From Paraspadella gotoi (taxonomy: Eukaryota > Animalia > Chaetognatha): DNA of 64,000 nt. The first letter of the stretch is position 1; every line of letters starts with the position of its first letter. The notes below the pieces were generated by a model. That model was not told where the DNA came from and made no database searches. It saw nothing but the letters and a program-made list of their open reading frames with translations. The position numbers and the translations under genes are program-made. The stretch covers positions 11,011,832-11,075,831 of the forward strand of contig CM119264.1 in assembly GCA_051294375.1 (NCBI GenBank). Reading direction: 5' to 3'. Of the stretch, positions 1-13,601 are shown piece after piece.

Positions 1-2447
1 TTTTTTGACTATTTTTCGTTGACCAAGGTTTTTGTATCCCGAGAAACTAATTTTTTGAATCAGAAATAAATTGTATGCGAAATGGGGACAGAAATTTAAA
101 TATCATCACAGAAATTTAAATACCATAACACTATAAAAAATTGAAGGTACCATCTTGAAAAATGAATACAACAAATAGTACGAGTAACTTTTACAGCTTT
201 TCATTAAAAGATCGAAGAAAATAATATACCTCTATAAAATATGAGCTTTTTTTTAATCTAATGAGCCTATTTTCAGCATGATATGATTAGAAATATCAGA
301 GTGAGGAATAAAAGAAAAAAGGTATATAAAAATACTTTGCTTTAAAATAAAATTTTTAAACGTTAAAATTGATTTAATCTGTGTATAGCTTAATACTAAA
401 ATCAAATGATGCATAAATTGAAATCCCCAAAGGTTATATTAGGTATAAGTATAATAATATATGGTTGTACTTATTTCATATTTAAAAAAATATTATCATA
501 ATGTGGTAAATGATTGTTTTTTAAAAAATGTCATAAAAATTGAAAAGGCCAGATTTTTCGTTACATCTTTACTTTCTTTAAAACCTCATAACTAGGTTTT
601 TAATCACATTTTATCGAACAATTATTAATCATTACAATTTTTTTAAATATATTATTTTTCCCCACGATTTTGATATCAAAGGGGCCTAAACTTAGGCTAA
701 CGTTAGTTCGAAGTTTTGGCGACTTATTCATTTCCAAGATGGTAATTTAGGAATAGAATTATACTTATGCTTGGTCTGACTAAAATTCGAGGATTATTTA
801 ATTTATCATGGACAATAAAATTTAAAAATGATAAATTACTTATATAGCAAGTCGGATTAATAGTGAGCCCTCATTTGATGATAAAATTCGACAAAAAAAT
901 TGGTGAGAATATTCAATGTAATATTAGAAAAGCTAGAAAAATATTTTCAAAATATTTCGAACGGGAAAAAAAGTTTTCAACGCTTCATTCCCTAAAACGA
1001 AGTCTAACACCATCACAGTACCAAAACCGCCCTCTCTATGTCGAAAAGGGAAATTGACAGTAAAACGCCGCCTCCGCCGCCGCGGCTCCAAGAACCTCGT
1101 CCATCACCGTTGCGCCGCTGCTGAAGCGAAAAGTCGGCGACGCGCCAGCCGCAGCGTGAACGGAAAACTGCAGCAGCCGCGACTTGCGGCAGTCTCCCTT
1201 GGTGTATGTTCGCTGTACGTGTTAAGGCGATTATTTGTTGTGTTCGAGCATGGTGTAGTTCGAGGTTCGTCGCCTTTATCAAACCTCGTTAAAAAAGTCC
1301 CTCCCTTTCTCAACCAACATCGTCGAAGGAGAGGCACTTGTCTTGAGACGGCGAAAGTCCTTTACAACAGTTGTCTCCATAATTCGTCAAAACACTTATA
1401 AGCGCTTTCCCTTCGCTCAACCCGGATATGACAGGCGTATTCTTGAGGATATATATGTTCGAAATTGCGGAAAATTTTATTTGGATTGAGCTTATTATCA
1501 ATTAAGAGTCTTCGTGTATCGCTTTACATTTTTGCCATTGTAAAAGGGTGACACAATGCCATAAATAAAACTCTCGCATCTTCAAAAGGCTACTTTCCCT
1601 TGTTTCATCTACCTCTGGTTGTGAACTTAGCTCTTCTTCGTATGTATAAAGGAAGTCGTTGGCTCGAACCCGATCTCTACTGATGGAAAGCGATATCGGA
1701 GACTGAAAAATTACATTGGCCATTGTCTATAGATTTAAAAAATAAAATAAATAAAATGGAGAAAAAACATGAAGTAGTCATTATAAATATTCTTCGGCGC
1801 AACAATTTCCCTTTCCCTTTCTGTAAAACGTTTTATCGACTAAAAAATAAAAACGGGAGCACTGAATTAGTATTTTAAATTAAAAAAAAATCACTTGTTG
1901 TTCCTGTCTGTTCGACCGGTTCGATCGGTACCGAAGCCTCGGTAACGCTATCTCTCACCATTTTTTGTTATTCGCAAAGAAAAACATGAGGTCATCGTGT
2001 AAACCCAGACTTCGACTCTTTTTTTTTTTCAATTTTTTCTGGTTCGTTGGTCGAAGGGTGAAAAAGAATTCATGTCGAGACAAAATAAATTAAATTAAAT
2101 TAAATTAATAATTCAAAATAATTTTTACAATGAATCGAAAACCCTGGGCAAGTGGGCAATAGAAATTGTTATGGGGAAACGGTTAATGATGACGTTTGGC
2201 CGAAATTTAAAGTGATTTTTAATCGTTTTCACCCCTTGATAAACCGGCTTGATAAACAGCAAGCTTAATGAAGTATTTTCCTTAATAGAAATATTGCTCA
2301 TCCGTTAAAAAAGACGCAAGTAAAATTATCACAAAACGCGTACAGCCGTTCTCACAAATTTATAATCGAATTCGGTGTTAAATATAAAAAATAAATACAT
2401 AGACAAATATTAGTATGAAATATGCATTAAGGCGTAGTGAAAGTTAC

Positions 2448-3014
2448 GGATCAAAATTAGAATAGTTAATCATGAACTGCCTTGGACTAAAAAACATTTA
2501 TATATAAAAAAAATATTTTAAAATTGCTTAATTTTCGCATACGCCCATATTTATACATAGTACTTACTATAGAAAATGATACAATTTTAAAATTATGTTT
2601 TCTTAGTTTTGAAAGCAGATTCGAATTCTTGCATTAAGTTAGCCAAAAATTTAAAAAACTATATTTTTTTTGCAAAAATTTAATTATAGGTTAATAATAA
2701 TAGTTTTTTAGGATTTTGATCCACTTAATGAAATAATTTTCAAAAAAGAGTTATAGTTCCTTTTATCAACTTTTCGTGAGGAATTCGAATCTACTTTTAA
2801 AAATAAGAAAAAACTGTGGACGCAACAAGTTTCAGATCAAGAATGATGTTGCGTCCACAAAACCATTTTAAAATTTTTACATTTTCTAGTACTATGTATA
2901 AATATGGGCGACTTGGGCGTATGCGAAAATTGAAAAATTAAATTAAATTTTTTTTTATTTAAAAATGTTCACAGGTACAAGCCTGTTCGTGATCTACTAT
3001 TCGAATTTTGATTC
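2448..3014. mobile_element. MITE / non-autonomous DNA transposon with long imperfect terminal inverted repeats
   Basis: The left end GGATCAAAATTAGAATAGTTAATCATGAAC matches the reverse complement of the right end (GAATCAAAATTCGAATAGTAGATCACGAAC). Inverted similarity continues inward (AATTTTCGCATACGCCCA, CGCCCATATTTATACATAGTACT, GATTCGAATTC). No ORF. Confidence 0.7.
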
Positions 3015-3088
3015 TATTTGATTTTAATATTTTTGCTACGCTTTAATATGCATACATAAATATAAGAAATAGGCTTTCTTGGACCTAC

Positions 3089-3720
3089 CTGTTTGGAGAC
3101 GCGTGATCCGCCATTTTGAGTTGAGATGAGTCGGTTGTCGATGCGAGCGGCGTGGATTTTCGAGTCCGCGTCACGATGTCCAAGGTTCGTCCACCCGGGA
3201 AGTGACGTGATTCGTCGGACGGTGTCGGCGGCATCGGCGGCGTGGGGCGGAGTCGACGAGCGGTCGGTGAAGTCGTTTTCGTCGACAGGGAATTCCGGCG
3301 CCGATCGGGATGTCATGTCGTCGTTGGCGCGGAGAGCGTGTTGGCGTCGGAGCAGTCGAGGTTATCGTCCGCGACGTCGGCGACGGATATCGATGAAAAT
3401 AATCCAAAGTCGTAATATAATCCGGAAACCGATGTAAGATGTTTGACAACAAATAGGACGACGACGACGACGACGACGAAAAAAGAAGACGACGACGTCA
3501 GTTTAATTCAAGAGATAAGGGAGAATAAAATAAAGAATGTGTCGTCGACGAGGGACGAAGAGAAACCAAAACCGTCGAAGTAATGACGTCACGAAAATCC
3601 AGATGACGTCGACGAAGACGTAAATTTCGCCGGAAGTGAGATGAATGAAGTCGATGACGAGGGCGGCGGCGGCGGCGGCGGCGAGCGCGCGATGAAAACG
3701 TCGAGCGAAACGGAACGTTT
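3089..3720 (-). promoter_or_regulatory. CpG-rich promoter-like island with YY1, ETS and CRE motifs; candidate first coding exon at 3114-3089
   Basis: CCGCCATTTTG (YY1-type, 3108-3118), CGGGAAGTGACGT (ETS-CRE-like, 3196-3208), TGACGTCA (3584-3591), CCGGAAGT (3630-3637). On the minus strand: AAA-ATG GCG GAT CAC GCG TCT CCA AAC AG|gtaggt. Confidence 0.5.
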
Positions 3721-3819
3721 GGGTGGGAGGGGAAAGTGGGTCAAGCGGGAGAGAAACGGGAAAGGAAAGGCGGGGAAGGAAAAGGGAAGTAGGAAGGGGC
3801 AAGGAGGTAGGGGGGAGAT

Positions 3820-3872
<53 letters not shown>

Positions 3873-3876
3873 GAAG

Positions 3877-3913
<37 letters not shown>

Positions 3914-4902
3914 CGAAAAGTTAGTGCCGAAAAGGGTTGGCTTCTCGTCTACTGTTTACCCGTTTTATTGAAATTGAGAGAAAATGACAACCGACGAACA
4001 TAAAGCGGTTGTCATGGATACATCTGCAATTCTGCGTAAACTTTCAGAAAAACAATGATCCGTATTTGCAATTGCTGGATTTAATAGACACGATCAGATA
4101 GTTATTCATAGAGCCACGGCCAGTACTTTTTCAAAGGATTTGATTGGCAGAAAAAAAAAATATTTCTTTATAAAAATAATTAACATTGAGGGAAGATTTT
4201 TTTCCCAATTTTTTCGATACCCATTTTCTTAATTGATAATAATAGATAATAATGAATAAAATTCATTATTGAAAAAGAAATAATTAAAATCGATAGGAAT
4301 ATTTTTAAAAAATCGTATTTATCAGAAAAGTTAGTTATTGTGAAGATGAAAAGAAGAGTTTGTTAACAAGATTTTAGTTTTACCTTCAGGTGAAATTTCT
4401 CACCAAACGTACGTGAGTGAATGTAATCATCGGAAAGAGATATATATAACATAAAATATATAAAATCGATAAATACCTTTCTCAAATACCCCAAACCAAT
4501 GATGGACCCGTCGTCGTGACGGAACAACTTTTCCATAACCTTTACTTTTATTCGGCGAAAAAAAAAATAAGAACAACGACAAGAAAATAATAAACAAAAG
4601 TGGAAGCGGAGGCGAAATTAGATTCACAAGTTTTTCAACTGAGAGTGAAATCGTGAGACGCGGTTTTTATTTTCAATCAATGAAAACTGCGATCGGGTTT
4701 TGATTGACAAGAATTCTCCCCTCTCTGTTTGCTTTTAAATTCTCCCATTACAGGAAAGCCCGAGAGTGGGTGGAGGGGAATCCGAGAATAAGGGGGATCT
4801 CGAGAAGATTCGATAGAAGCGTCTCGCGTTATTAGACGATTAAGTTGTTTGTCTTGAGTGAAATGGCTGGGAAAATGATATTGATAAATGACTATTTATT
4901 TT

Positions 4903-5009
4903 GTAATTTTAAATTCACTATTTTGTTTTTGTTTTTTTTTCTGCCAGTCAAAATGCGCGTAAACATTTTAGAGTGAGAGAGAGAGAGAGATTTTAGAAGA
5001 GGAGAGAGA

Positions 5010-5068
<59 letters not shown>

Positions 5069-5198
5069 GAAGAGAGAAGAGAGAGAGAGAGAGAGGTTTT
5101 TCCTTCAAAACCAGCAACCAAGCAAATGAAATATTAAAAAAATAAATGTGTAGTCGACGATTATCTTCTGTGGAACGACAAAGACTTTAAAAGAAAGG

Positions 5199-5239
<41 letters not shown>

Positions 5240-6218
5240 AGGGAGAAGGCAAGGAACGAGAGAGAGAGCGGCGTGGGCGGGAGGAGCCGAGGGGGGTGTG
5301 CCTGGTCTCGGAGAGGGCATAAAAACAAATTCGCGACACTTTTGTGAACTCATCGAACGTCGAGGCGCGGTATTGGACCAATCAGATGTCGATATCGGAC
5401 GTGGACGCGTATTTCGGCCAATCATATGCCTAAATCCGCCAACGCGTTGATGAAAACCCTAAACTCAGCAGAAATTTTTGTCATTAATCGAGGCTGAGCT
5501 GAGATTCGATACAAATTAGCGGAGGACCCCTCTTCCATCGCCGGGTGGGCGTCGCGATGGGAAGCGAAGGCAGGAGGCGCTCCGATGGGAACCAATAAAA
5601 TCGATGGAAGGAGACCCTTTGCTGGGAATAGTGAGAGAATGACTCTAAATCCTCTAATTTTCAAATAATTCTTCATAGTTGAGAAACAGGAACGTCTTGT
5701 CGTCTACAAAATCCCACATCTGATCCTTTATGCGATCAGAACTTAATGTAAATAAGCCTGTGGAAGACGATGCCGCGATCAGTTCACCGTCCGTTGCACA
5801 CAAGGTCCCGAACTTCGGATCGGGTTGTAGTCCGTTACTACAGGTGGGTGAGACGCCCCGTCCCGCTTTTACTTGTGTGAATCAGCAGGGCGCGAACCAG
5901 AGTCCTTTGGGTTGGGAGGAGCTCGTGCTACCTCCGGCGCCATAGGTGATTCTCTGACGAGTAACGGGGTATGAAATACTACCGCTACACCTTAAACAAA
6001 ACGCTTCGTTGGGTGTAAAATAGGAAATCAAGAAGGAAATTGAGAACCGAATATCAAACAAAAGGAAAACGGATGAGAGATTTATTTCCGTTTTTCATGA
6101 ATACGTAAAAAAAAAAATCAATGTCCAATCCAAAGAGGCAACATTTTTTTCTCTCTTCTGAAGAATCTTTAAAATGAAAAAAGTTTGATCGATAGACAAA
6201 AGATCTCTCTCTCCTCTG

Positions 6219-6280
<62 letters not shown>

Positions 6281-6340
6281 TTCGTCCTAATCCACCCAAA
6301 TTCAATCTCCGCTTTCTCCCCACCTCTCACTCCTCTCTCT

Positions 6341-6417
<77 letters not shown>

Positions 6418-7497
6418 GTAAAAGCGCACACGCGCAACCATTGAACGTTACCCGTTCAGCCAAATAAGCAAGTGTACAGATTTTTTATGTTCTCAGGAGA
6501 CCTTAGCAAGCTTTTGCTGCCTTTTTTGCTTTTCTTCAGGCGAAGCGCTTTAACCGGCAGCCCCGCGATTTTTTTTTTCTTCTCCGCCCTTTCGCTCTTA
6601 ACTTCCCGCATTCCGCTCTGTTCCTTTCAATGCTTAGTTTTATTTATTATTTTTTTTTTTTTTAGAAAAGTTGCGGCTTTGTCGGTCCTTTCGACGGCAA
6701 CGGCTGCTGCTGCTGCCGATGCTGCGCTGGGTGGCCCCTGGGTGTCGGCGGCTGCGTCGATGTGGACCGATTCGACGGCTGATCGTTGATTAATGATCGA
6801 CGAAGAAAGTCCGCCGACTGTAGATGGCGGGGGTGACGGTGGACAGTGGCGGCGAAGGCGACGGTGAATCACGCCTCACTTATTACTTGTCATGGCTTCC
6901 GATCTAAGGGGACGCCCTCAGATGCCAGATCGACCCATAATGAAATGAGAGGTTATGAAAGGAAAAGCTCAATAACAACCTTTTAACTTGGACCTGAGTC
7001 TAATACTTAATTTGACGAGTTTTAGACACTGACGAAAATTTTACGTTCGAGTATGTGTAATAGTTTAATGTATATTCTTCATTGTTCAACACGTCTGACT
7101 GGTTTTTGCTCGCGAAAGGTGCCGAGCAATGGTGTCGGGGAATCTTTGATGGCGAGTGTGCAATTTGAATAGAGGGCGCTGGAAAGCCAACTCATCGATT
7201 TTTAAGCCAAACGCAAACAAAGGAGCAAGCGGGGAGGAAAAAATGCTTGGCGATGAAGAAACGTCTAAACGACGTTAGTATCGCATGAAGAATAGAGATA
7301 AAAAAGTTAAAATGACAACGAAACGCGACTTGATATCTTTGAAATTCGTTAAAAGTAAATATCTTTTGTCGGATTTCTTGTCAAACATTTCACCAAATCA
7401 CGAGTTTACTCACATTCAATCGGAAGGAAAAACTCACAACTATAACAAAATCATCATCTTCAGTTTCCTTTCTTCTGTATCTCTATCCTTCAAGTAG

Positions 7498-7538
<41 letters not shown>

Positions 7539-7778
7539 TTCTCCTTGTACGGTCTGCTCGGTCTCACGTCATCCTCTACTCTCTCTCTCTCTCCCCTAAA
7601 GCCAATCCCTTCTCACTTCGGATGATCCAGGGAGGAAAAATACTTAATTCATGGCAAAGGCTGAATTTTTTTATCATTTTTTTATCGCCTCTCTTTAACG
7701 GACTCTTTTACTCAATCCCTTCCATTTTTCCCCATTTTCTCTTGCGCTCTCTCTTCTTTCTCTCTCTCTCTCTTTCTT

Positions 7779-7810
<32 letters not shown>

Positions 7811-7875
7811 TCTTTCCCTTCTTTTCTTTTTCTCTCTTAAGTCTCAATTGTTCTATCGACACCACTGTTCAGTCC

Positions 7876-7934
<59 letters not shown>

Positions 7935-10376
7935 CTCTCTCTCTCATCAGTTCTCTCATCATTTTTTTCCATAAAATGAAAACTGTTGAAGAGCTCGGGT
8001 CTCTGGGGATCCTAAGGCCGCTGAAGGCTGCGTTCACAGCGTCCAAGTAGGGAGGAAAAACCACTTATTGGCTTCGCCTCCCTCTTTATCGGATTTATTG
8101 CAAATGCGCTTAATGACCCCATAGTACGATTCAACGCAAAATCAAAATCAATCCTCGTTAAAGTAGACGCTTTCTATTTTTTTTTTCTTGGATCGGATTT
8201 TAAGCCGAAGATCAAACCAGTTGAATTCGTCGCGCTCTTGGGCTCTGGGTTCAATTCCTTCTCTCGAGGATAAAACAAACTCCTTTTCTCTCGATACCAA
8301 TATTAAATATTCCGTTACATTTGTGAAGTCGAGTCAATCTCTTCGCCCTTTTCATATGGGAAGTAAGAAGACCAAGCGATGGGAACGGACGCCGAAATAC
8401 ATTAAACACTGGGCGAGCGAGAAATTCTTCAATCCCCCCTAGTGTCCAACCCAATTATTCTGCGGCATAAGATATTGTAAATTCGCCTTTGAAATGTCCT
8501 CGATCTTTATCAACCGCCGTGGATCGCTTCAAAATCAAATATCGCTTTAAATCGCTTCGAATTGACCTCGATCCCAAATCGATCGCATCTGCTAAACGAT
8601 TCGTTTCGTGAATTTTCTGACCCAAATGTTCGTGAATGCGAGAGAGAGTGAGATTGCATTTATTTATAACTTCCCTTCCCCTATCGCCTTCCGTCTTAAT
8701 CACGCAAATGGACAAAAACCGACTGGTATCCGTGTTGTTTCAGCTCCAACTTCGGCTATTCTTGAGAATCATCGGACGAAGAAAAATAAATAAACAAAAT
8801 TATTCTCTCTCTCTCTCTCTCCCTCTCTCGTCATAAAACAGTGATAATTATGTTTTTTTATCCATTAAAAAAAATTGTATCGTTTCGACATCTTTAACGA
8901 ATTTTTTCTCAAGTGATCACCCGTTAATGTAAATCGTTACTGGGGTGAATAAAAAAAAAAGTTGAGATCGAAAATCTCGACAAGTTTGCTTCTTCATTTC
9001 TTGGCTTCCTGAATTTAAAATCCCCTTCTTTCGAAAACTTACGCATGGGTCGGTTATGAGTTACTTTACATCGATCAGGTGTAACACTTCCCTTTCGATT
9101 GTCTCATTAAAACTAGTTTAATAGCGACACAGATATATTTCCACTTGCGAAATCGTCTGGTTTTCCCGTTACTGTTACCCCGCCTTTCGTTCCCGTATTG
9201 CAGCTCTCTCCTCGCTTAACCACGGTTTAAACTTTCGCTCATCTCTTTTGACCTTTACATAATTCAAAGAAAAAAGAAACTCCAACCTTCCTTTAACTCT
9301 TATGCTAATTAAGAATTTGTTGTGTCGTGTTGTGATTTTCTTAGTTTCTGTAACGTCCTCATTTTCCGCCCCTCAATTTTCTCGAAGGAAGGCGGCCAAG
9401 AGAAAGGAACCTTTATAAAAAAAATTCACTAAACTTCGAAATTTTAAATTCAAAAGAAAAAAAAAGAGAATTTTTTTTAACTATAGAGGGGAAAAGCAGA
9501 TTCGTCATTATTTTATTTTATTTTATTTATTTTCATTTATCTTTTGTAACATTATTTTCTCGCTATTTAAAAAGACAAAAGCCTATTGTGTAATAAAGTA
9601 AGTTATTTTAATTTTAGGGCACCCTCCCAGACTCAACTAATTTAAAATTATATAACAAGCTGAAACAAGGCCTAGAATTGTTTTCTCGGTATTTTTCTTT
9701 CCGATTTACTACGCAAGAACCACGAAAACGTAATCTCAAAGGAGAGAATGAAAGAGGGAAAGAATCTGGGACACAGAAAAAAGGATTAGAGATTGGCGAT
9801 TTAGGGGGAAATAAGTAAGCAGGAAATTGTCGGCGAGGAGGGAAAAATAACGATTGGGATGGATGAAAGATATGCTGATGTTTTAAAGGTGTAGGAGAAT
9901 GAGGAAAGTTGAAAAGGTAAATTGTGAAATCGAAATCTTTGGGAGAGAAGATAGATGAGGATTCGGAGAGGACGGAGGGAGGAGTAGGAAGTAGAGAAGA
10001 AGAAGAAGAAGAAGATAGAAGAAGAGGAGAAGGAGGAAGAGGAGGAGGATTTAATATCTAAGAGGAAGGGTTGTCGGGGTGAGGCATAGTAAAGTGTTAA
10101 GGGTGAAAGGGCGAATGGGTGGGAGTCCGGATTAAAATCGTAACTGGAAGAGGGGGAAGCAGGGAGCATGTGGAGAACGAAGGGGGGGGGAAGTTAGCCG
10201 TGGGGATTCGACACGGCGCGCTCGCGCCGGCAAAAGACTCCCGAAAGCTTTGCTTTTTTCTTCTTTTTTTTTTCCTCTCTCTTCCTCTCTCTCTCATTCA
10301 TCTTCTAGCCCAAACTTTTATCCCAGAAAAAAAAAAAAAATTGTCTGTTTTTGTAAAGAAAAACAGAACAGCCGGC
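4903..10376. repeat. Copy A of a ~5.5 kb tandem duplication
   Basis: Near-identical to 10490-15977, mostly with 1-nt indel differences. It ends at a 25-N gap (10377-10401). Confidence 0.9.
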
Positions 10377-10489
10377 NNNNNNNNNNNNNNNNNNNNNNNN
10401 NCGCCTCTCTTTAACGGACTCTTTTACTCAATCCCTTCCATTTTTCCCCATTTTCTCTTGCGCTCTCTCTCTCTTTCTCTCTCTCTCTC

Positions 10490-10772
10490 TGTAATTAAAT
10501 TCACTATTTTGTTTTGTTTTTTTTTTTCTGCCAGTCAAAATGCGCAAGTATAACATTTAGAGTGAGAGAGAGAGAGAGATTGAAAGAGAGAGAGAGAGAG
10601 AGAATGAGAGAGAGAGAGAGAGAGAGTAGATGAAGAGACGAGAGTGGTGAAGGGAGAAAGAGAGAGTTTTCCTTCAAAACCAGCAAAACCAAGCAAATGT
10701 AAATATTAAAAAAATAAATTGTGGCGACGATTATCTCTGTGGAACGACAAAGACTTAAAAGAAAGAAGAGAT

Positions 10773-10816
<44 letters not shown>

Positions 10817-11803
10817 GAAGGAGAGAGAGACGAGCGGCGTGGAGACGGTGATGGCGTAGCCGAAGGGGTGTGAGCCTGGTCTGGCGCGAGAGGGCATAAA
10901 CAAAAATTCGCCGACACTTTATGTGAAACTCAATACGAACGTCGAAGGCGCGGTATTGGGACCAATCAGATGATTCGAATATCGAGACGTGGACGTCGTA
11001 ATGTTCGGCCAATCATCTAACCTAAATCACGCGACAACGCGATTAGATTGAAAACCCTATACACTCAGGCAGAAATTTTTGTTCATTAATTCGAGGCTGA
11101 GCTGAGATTCGATACAAATTAGCGGAGGACCCCTCTTCCATCGCCGGGTGGGCGTCGCGATGGGAAGCGAAGGCAGGAGGCGCTCCGATGGGAACCAATA
11201 AAATCGATGGAAGGAGACCCTTTGCTGGAATAGTGAGAGAATGACTCTAAATCCTCTAATTTTCAAATAATTCTTCATAGTTGAGAAACAGGAACGTCTT
11301 GTCGTCTACAAAATCCCACATCTGATCCTTTATGCGATCAGAACTTAATGTAAATAAGCCTGTGGAAGACGATGCGCGATCAGTTCACCGTCCGTTGCAC
11401 ACAAGGTCCCGAACTTCGGATCGGGTTGTAGTCCGTTACTACAGGTGGTGAGACGCCCCCGTCCCGCTTTTACTTGTGTGAATCAGCAGGGCGCGAACCA
11501 GAGTCCTTTGGGTTGGGAGGAGCTCGTGCTACCTCCGGCGCCATAGGTGATTCTCTGACGAGTAACGGGGTATGAAATACTACCGCTACACCTTAAACAA
11601 AACGCTTCGTTGGGTGTAAAATAGGAAATCAAGAAGGAAATTGAGACCGAATATCAAACAAAAGGAAACGGATGAGAGATTTATTTCCGTTTTTCATGAA
11701 TACGTAAAAAAAAAATCCAATGTCCAATCCAAAGAGGCAACATTTTTTTCTCTCTTCTGAAGAATCTTTAAAATGAAAAAAAGTTTGATCGATAGACAAA
11801 AGA

Positions 11804-11883
<80 letters not shown>

Positions 11884-11974
11884 GTCCTAATCCACCCAAA
11901 ATTCAATCTCCCTTTTCTCCCCACCTCTCACTCCTCTCTCCCACCTTTCGCCTCTCTCTCTCTCTCTCTCTCCA

Positions 11975-12007
<33 letters not shown>

Positions 12008-13107
12008 CTCCTTCGTAAAAGCGCACACGCGCAACATTGAACGTTACCCGTTCAGCTAAATAAGCAAGTGTACAGATTTTTTATGTTCTCAGGAGACCTT
12101 AGCAAAGCTTTTGCTGCTTTTTTGCTTTTCTTCAGGCGAGCGCTTTAACCGGCAGCCCCGCCGAATTTTTTTTTTCTTCTCCGCCCTTTCGCTCTTAACT
12201 TCCCGCATTCCGCTCTGTTCCTTTCAAATGCTTAGTTTTATTTATTATTTTTTTTTTTTTTAGAAAAGTTGCGGCTTTGTCGGTCCTTTCGACGGCAACG
12301 CTGCTGCTGCTGCCGATGCTGCGCTGGGTGGCCCTGGGTGTCGGCGGCTGCGTCGATGTGGACCGATTCGACGGCTGATCGTTGATTAATGATCGACGAA
12401 AGAAAGTCCGCCGACTGTAGATGGCGGGGGTGACGGTGGACAGTGGCGGCGAAGGCGACGGTGAACACGCTCACTTATTACTTGTCATGGCTTCCGATCT
12501 AAGGGGACGCCCTCAGAATGCAGATCGACCGCATAATGAAATGAGAGGTAATGAAGGAAAGCCATAACAACCTTTTAACTTGGACCTGAGTCAATACTTA
12601 ATTTGACGAGTTTAGACACTGACGAAAATTTTACGTTCGAGTATGTGTAATAGTTTAATGTATATTCTTCATTGTTCAACACGTCTGACTGGTTTTTGCT
12701 CGCGAAAGGTGCGAGCAATGGTGTCGGGGAATCTTTGATGGCGAGTGTGCAATTTGAAATAGAGGGCGCTGGAAAGCCAACTCATCGATTTTTAAGCCAA
12801 ACGCAAACAAAGGAGCAAGCGGGGAGGAAAAAATGCTTGGCGATGAAGAAACGTCTAAACGACGTTAGTATCGCATGAAGAATAGAGATAAAAAAGTTAA
12901 AATGACAACGAACACGCGACTTGATATCTTTGAAATTCGTTAAAGTAAATATCTTTTGTCGGATTTTGTCTTGTCAAAGACTTTCAACCAAATCACGAAG
13001 TTTAAAACTCACATTACAAGAATCGGTAAGGAAAAACGTGCACAACTACTAACAAAATCATATCATCTTCTAGTTTTCCTTCTTTCTTCTGTATCTCTAT
13101 CTTCAAG

Positions 13108-13166
<59 letters not shown>

Positions 13167-13483
13167 TCTCTCTCCTCCCTCTCTCCATCCATCCTCTAAA
13201 GCCAATCCCTTCTCACTTCGGATGATCCAGGGAGGAAAAATACTTAATTCATGGCAAAGGCTGAATTTTTTTATCATTTTTTTATCGCCTCTCTTTTAAA
13301 CGGACTCTTTTACTCAATATCCCTTCCATTTTTCCCCATTTTCTCTCTTGCGCTCTCTCTCTCTTCTCTCTCTCTCTCTTTCTTTCCTCTCTCTTCTCTC
13401 TCTCTCTCTCTTTCTTTTCTTCCCCTTCTTTTCTTTTTCTCTCTTTAGTCTCAATTGTTCTATCGACCACTGTTCAGTCCTCA

Positions 13484-13544
<61 letters not shown>

Positions 13545-13569
13545 NNNNNNNNNNNNNNNNNNNNNNNNN

Positions 13570-13601
<32 letters not shown>

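Noticed and set aside
1310-8715. Stop-codon reassignment suggested by in-frame TAA interruptions
   Set aside because: Conserved genes here end normally in TAA (RPS3A), TAG (ATG3) and TGA (plastin, EIF2D, LTO1).
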